A DNA stretch of 64,000 nt from Burkholderiaceae bacterium. GTDB lineage: Bacteria > Pseudomonadota > Gammaproteobacteria > Burkholderiales > Burkholderiaceae. Location of the stretch: NCBI GenBank assembly GCA_947462685.1, contig CANHPL010000007.1, positions 1,152 to 65,151 of the forward strand. Direction: 5' to 3'. The translations under genes and the position numbers were made by a program. The notes below the pieces were generated by a model. That model was not told where the DNA came from. It saw nothing but the letters and a program-made list of their open reading frames with translations, and ran no database searches. Shown one piece after another: positions 60,145 through 64,000 of the stretch; positions within the stretch are counted from its first letter, which is position 1; each line of letters begins with the position of its first letter.

Positions 60145-60797
60145 GACTGATTGGATTTTATTGTCTTAGCTACAAGTGCTCTTCGTGCAGGGAAGAAACC
60201 AGGATTACCCAAAGCTTGATATAAACCTTCAGTCACTTGCGCATGATGTTCAAGACCTGATCTTTGCAACATGGATAAAGGACCTTCGGGATAACCTAGG
60301 CCTAATTTAAGCGTTTTATCCATGTCTGCTGCTGTCGCTAAACCATCATCTAAACGCCTCAATACTGAATTTAAATAAGGTCGAATTAATCGATCAACAA
60401 TTCTGCCAGGGGTATCAGCACACACCGCCACGACTAATTCCAAGGATGCAAAAAAAGATTTGGCTGTTTCAATCGACTGAGCTTTACTTTTAGGTTGCTT
60501 CACTAATTCAATCAATTTAGTCGCAGGATCATCACCCATCTTATATCTAGCAAATCCTAAAATATGCGAACCCTCATCACCTAGTGATTCCCCAGTATGT
60601 ATTCCAAGGCATTCCATGCCTAGTTCTAATAGAATCAGTTGATATGCGTTCGGATTAGAAATAGCTTTTAATGCTTGATGAACATCTTGACCAATGATGA
60701 GTAAGATATCTGCGTTCGTATCAGAGAGTAAACCAAACTCCGCTAAATCAGGAAATGAACGACTTTTACCTGTATCAATAATTTGTACGTTCAACAT
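60141..60797 (-). CDS. Degenerate 3-hydroxyacyl-CoA dehydrogenase paralog (C-terminal domain retained, Rossmann motif and catalytic His absent)
   Basis: 218 aa. DTPGRIVDRLIRPYLN and LGLGYPEGPLSMLQRSGLE match the 3HCDH middle and C-terminal domains. There is no GxGxxG, and ILGFARY replaces the GMHF His motif seen in the neighbouring hbd product. Confidence 0.6.
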   Translation of the reverse strand: MLNVQIIDTGKSRSFPDLAEFGLLSDTNADILLIIGQDVHQALKAISNPNAYQLILLELGMECLGIHTGESLGDEGSHILGFARYKMGDDPATKLIELVKQPKSKAQSIETAKSFFASLELVVAVCADTPGRIVDRLIRPYLNSVLRRLDDGLATAADMDKTLKLGLGYPEGPLSMLQRSGLEHHAQVTEGLYQALGNPGFFPARRALVAKTIKSNQS

Positions 60798-60799
60798 GA

Positions 60800-61675
60800 T
60801 TAAGCTCCAAACATTTTTGAATCTTTGTAAGTAAAAAAACCTTGTCCAGATTTTTTACCAAGATGGCCTGCTGCAATCATTCTTCTCACCAATGGCGGAC
60901 ATGCGGCATCTGGCTCATTCGTTAAATTTTGCATCGCATTACACAAGAGCCTTTGGGTATCCATACCAACCAGATCTAAAAGTTGCATAGGTCCCATGGC
61001 ATAACCCAATGCCGTCTTTATGGCTTTATCGATATCTTCAGGTGCTGCAATGCCGGCCTCTACCATACGGATTGCATTGTTATTAAAAGGAATTAAAAAA
61101 TAATTAAGGATAAAGCCTGGAGTATCTTGCGTCTTTACAGGAGATTGGCCTAAATCAATACAAAACTGCCATGCTGTAATAAAGCTCTCTGCGCTCGTAT
61201 TCAGTCCTGGAGACATTTCTACCAATTTCATTAACTGTGCTGGTAAACAAAAATGCATGCCAACAAAACGATCGTCCCGCCCACTCCCACCAGCAATTTC
61301 TGTAATCGAAATCGTCGATGTGTTGGATGCAAAGATAGCTTCTTGTTTACAAATAGCATTTAGCTTTGAAAACAAATCGTGTTTAACTTGTAGATCTTCA
61401 AAAATAGCCTCAATAACCAAATCGCAATCTGCCAAATCGGTCATTGTTGTGGACGTACTCAATCGTTTAAGACTACTCTCAAGATCCTCAGGTTTCATTT
61501 TTCCACGAGCAACAGACTTTTCAAAAAAATCTTTAGTTTGCTTGGCTAAATTTTCTAAGTTCTTACTATTCGTATCATAGACACAGGTTTCAAAACCAGC
61601 CCTAGCGGCAACGATGGCGATACCTGAACCCATAGTTCCACTTCCCACAACACCTACTTTTTTAATCGAATTCAT
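60800..61675 (-). CDS. 3-hydroxyacyl-CoA (3-hydroxybutyryl-CoA type) dehydrogenase
   Basis: 291 aa with VGVVGSGTMGSGIA, FVGMHFCLP, DTPGFILNY and LGKKSGQGFF motifs. Confidence 0.9.
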   Translation of the reverse strand: MNSIKKVGVVGSGTMGSGIAIVAARAGFETCVYDTNSKNLENLAKQTKDFFEKSVARGKMKPEDLESSLKRLSTSTTMTDLADCDLVIEAIFEDLQVKHDLFSKLNAICKQEAIFASNTSTISITEIAGGSGRDDRFVGMHFCLPAQLMKLVEMSPGLNTSAESFITAWQFCIDLGQSPVKTQDTPGFILNYFLIPFNNNAIRMVEAGIAAPEDIDKAIKTALGYAMGPMQLLDLVGMDTQRLLCNAMQNLTNEPDAACPPLVRRMIAAGHLGKKSGQGFFTYKDSKMFGA

Positions 61676-61684
61676 TTTGCTTCC

Positions 61685-62851
61685 TTATTTTTGAATAAAG
61701 TGTCTACCAACTAATTGGCGATGAATTTGATTCGTACCTTCCCATATTTGAGTGATTTTGGCATCTCGCATCAATCGTTCAGCACGATAATCCTGACAAT
61801 ACCCATAACCACCTAATAAGCCTACAACATCGGATGTGATTCGCATTGCTGCATCTGTAGCACGATATTTAAGTATTGATGCTTCAATGCCAAAATCTTT
61901 CCCCCCGTTATCCACCAATCGTGAAATCGACCACATCAGGTTTTCACATAAATATAATTCACTAGCTAAATCTGCTAATTGAAATTGAATACCTTGAAAC
62001 TCAATAATTTTTTTGCCAGATTGCTTACGCTGATTAATGTATTCAACTCCGTCTTCAAGTGCTGCACGAGCTATACCTAATGCATGTGCTGCAACACTAG
62101 GACGAGACTTATTGAGTGAAGACAACAGAATTTTTAATCCATCCCCAGGATTCATTAGCAAATTCGCGCGTGGAACTCGACAATTATCAAAGGAAATTGC
62201 CGCAGTGCTGGCTGCACGATGCCCCATTTTCTTTTCTACACCGAGAACTGAAAATCCAGGGGTACCTTTTTCAAAAACAAGAGCACTAATTGCCTCTTTT
62301 GAACCTTCAATTTCAGACCACTTCCCAAATAAAAGATATAAATCAGCAAAGTCGCCGTTGGAGATAAATATTTTACTACCATTGACAATAATGTCATCGC
62401 CATCTGGGGTAAAGCTTAATTTCATACCTGTAGCATCTGATCCTGCAGAAGGTTCTGTAATAGCTAAGGATCCAAGTCCACCTTCGGCAATTCTTGGTAA
62501 TAAACGTGTTTTTTGCTCTTCATTACCAAAATCAATTAAAGGCTTCATACCATGAAAATTGGTGGCCCAAATAATTCCAGTAGAAGCACATGCTTTACTA
62601 ATTTCACGGACACATGCAAGGTATGCCGTATAAGACAACAAGGCACCACCGTAAGCTTCAGGAACAAACATGGCATTCAAACCAAGTTCATTAATTGCTT
62701 TGATATTTTCCCAAGGAAATTCCTTGGACTCATCAAATTGAGCAGCGTTTGGTGCGATGACATCTCGACAAATGTCCTTCACACTTTCCAGCAATTGCTT
62801 TTCTTCAGCATTGAGCAATATTGATTCATCAAGTCGTTCTAAAATATTCAT
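61685..62851 (-). CDS. Acyl-CoA dehydrogenase
   Basis: ACAD blocks GSLAITEPSAGSD, LLGGYGYCQDYRAERLMRDAKITQIWEGTNQI are present. The ORF track starts at 62887, overlapping the SDR gene. ATG at 62851 (MNILERL..) is the more likely start. Confidence 0.9.
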   Translation of the reverse strand: MNILERLDESILLNAEEKQLLESVKDICRDVIAPNAAQFDESKEFPWENIKAINELGLNAMFVPEAYGGALLSYTAYLACVREISKACASTGIIWATNFHGMKPLIDFGNEEQKTRLLPRIAEGGLGSLAITEPSAGSDATGMKLSFTPDGDDIIVNGSKIFISNGDFADLYLLFGKWSEIEGSKEAISALVFEKGTPGFSVLGVEKKMGHRAASTAAISFDNCRVPRANLLMNPGDGLKILLSSLNKSRPSVAAHALGIARAALEDGVEYINQRKQSGKKIIEFQGIQFQLADLASELYLCENLMWSISRLVDNGGKDFGIEASILKYRATDAAMRITSDVVGLLGGYGYCQDYRAERLMRDAKITQIWEGTNQIHRQLVGRHFIQK

Positions 62852-62861
62852 AAGATTTTCT

Positions 62862-63617
62862 TTAGTGTGCAATCGCGTGAGCACCATCTAGATAGATGGT
62901 CTCACCAGTTAAAAATGACATTTCATCTTGGACAATAGCAGCTACAACGGCAGCTACTTCTGCAGGACTTCCCGGTGTTTTCCTAGGAATACGTTTTGCA
63001 AGAAATTCTCCAAGAGGCCCGTTCATGGCATCTGAATTTAATTCTGTAGCAATATATCCAGGTGCAACATCCATTACTCTCACCCCCTTATTTGCCCACT
63101 CAACTGCTAGACAACGTGTAATTGCTCCAACAGCCGCCTTAGATGCGCAATAAGCTAGGTTATTTTTAACTCCCATCTTGTCAAAAAAGGAGCCCATATT
63201 GACAATGACGCTTGAGGTCTGCTGTGTCAAAAAGGGATAAGCCTGACGACAACTCATAAATACGGCTCGAGCATTCGTTGACATGACTGCATCCCACATT
63301 TCATTTTTCATCAGATGAGATTTCTCTTGCTCATGTATCCCTGCATTATTAACCAAACCATCTAATCGACCTGTTTGCTCAACTAAAAGAGTAAATGCTT
63401 TTGCTAAGGATGCATCAGAATTAACATCACAAGCAATATTGATTACTTGGCTTTGTAATTCTTGGGCCAAACTACCATCTTCAATACCCTGCCCTTTACG
63501 GGATAAACAAGCAACAGTCCAACCATCACTAGCGAGTTTTTTTACAATGGCTGACCCAATGCCTCTGCTACCACCTGTGACGGCAATAACTTTAGAGTTT
63601 TTTTCTAATTTTGGCAT
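62862..63617 (-). CDS. SDR family oxidoreductase
   Basis: 251 aa with TGGSRGIGSAI, NNAG and YCASKAA motifs. Its start overlaps the crotonase stop (TAATG). Confidence 0.9.
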   Translation of the reverse strand: MPKLEKNSKVIAVTGGSRGIGSAIVKKLASDGWTVACLSRKGQGIEDGSLAQELQSQVINIACDVNSDASLAKAFTLLVEQTGRLDGLVNNAGIHEQEKSHLMKNEMWDAVMSTNARAVFMSCRQAYPFLTQQTSSVIVNMGSFFDKMGVKNNLAYCASKAAVGAITRCLAVEWANKGVRVMDVAPGYIATELNSDAMNGPLGEFLAKRIPRKTPGSPAEVAAVVAAIVQDEMSFLTGETIYLDGAHAIAH

Positions 63618-64000
63618 TATTGATCCTTAAAGATAGGTTTTCTTTTTTCAACAAAAGCGTTCATGCCTTCACTTGCATCTTCTAATGAATACGCTAAGGT
63701 AGATAAATTAGACTCAAGATGTAAGCCCTCTTGCAGTGTGACATCACCAGATCTTCGAATCGCATCCCTTGCAAAGGAAAGAACTGGCAAACTGTAGGAA
63801 GAAAATAGTTTGCAAAATTCACAGGTTTTTTCTAATGCAGTTTCAGCTTCTACGATTTGATTCAAAATCCCATATTGAAGGGCTGTTTGGGCATCAATAG
63901 ACTTGCCGGTCAAAATCATTTCATTAGCTTTTGTCTCACCAATTACCCTCGTTAAACGTTGCGTTCCCCCATATCCTGGAATTAAACCCAATTTAATTTC
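63617..64000 (-). CDS. Enoyl-CoA hydratase/isomerase (crotonase) family protein, C-terminal part (partial, runs off the window end)
   Basis: The frame is open to nt 64000 and reads EIKLGLIPGYGGTQRLTRVIG..., the typical crotonase oxyanion-hole region. It ends EGMNAFVEKRKPIFKDQ. Confidence 0.88.
   Translation of the reverse strand, partial: EIKLGLIPGYGGTQRLTRVIGETKANEMILTGKSIDAQTALQYGILNQIVEAETALEKTCEFCKLFSSYSLPVLSFARDAIRRSGDVTLQEGLHLESNLSTLAYSLEDASEGMNAFVEKRKPIFKDQ

Noticed and set aside
1-64000. Scan for CRISPR arrays, rRNA, IS elements, transposases, integrases and tandem repeats
   Set aside because: I found no regularly spaced repeats, rRNA-like segments, or transposase or integrase-like ORFs. 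The only repeat family I could verify by eye is the 85-bp tRNA-Arg-associated pair.

Overview
Gene-dense, AT-rich chromosomal segment. My tally of intergenic gaps is about 3.2 kb of 64 kb. Gene content and synteny fit a streamlined betaproteobacterium of the Burkholderiales, possibly Polynucleobacter-like; this is inference only, with no database search.

Layout, left to right:
- 1-12 kb: housekeeping block with lemA (partial), an ABC ATPase divergent from tesA, ppiD, tRNA-Val, lon-clpX-clpP-tig, tRNA-Leu, an OYE reductase and a fused ispDF.
- 12-31 kb: mfd-serB, a thiolase, rimO, the PHB genes phaR-phaB-phaC, pgeF-rluD divergent from bamD, alr, lplT, a HolD-like orphan, rimI, tsaB and aceB.
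- 31-38 kb: a complete propionyl-CoA to succinyl-CoA module (mcm-meaB-pccB-pccA-epimerase) with a divergent GntR/FCD regulator.
- 39-47 kb: two monohaem cytochromes c, a MoxR-VWA pair, ridA and parC-parE.
- 46.8-50.9 kb: the only clearly accessory stretch. It holds a uxs gene bracketed by 85-bp direct repeats made of the tRNA-Arg(CCT) promoter plus 5' half, a perfect inverted pair of consensus DnaA boxes, NUDIX and GNAT genes, tRNA-Asn, and a nonsense-decayed HepT/MntA-type toxin-antitoxin pair.
- 50.9-64 kb: an orphan acyl-CoA catabolic supercluster. It contains MmgE/PrpD, three family-III CoA-transferase genes (one a tandem two-domain fusion with a degenerate N-terminal half), a Bug/TctC binding protein, GFA, a flavoprotein with a C-terminal membrane tail, and a translationally coupled crotonase-SDR-ACAD-HBD-degenerate HBD-CoA-transferase operon.

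I recognised no rRNA, CRISPR array, IS element, transposase or integrase. The best candidates for undescribed biology are the CoA-transferase-rich cluster with its fused pseudo-heterodimeric transferase, and the atypical 5'-half tRNA-Arg duplication around uxs.
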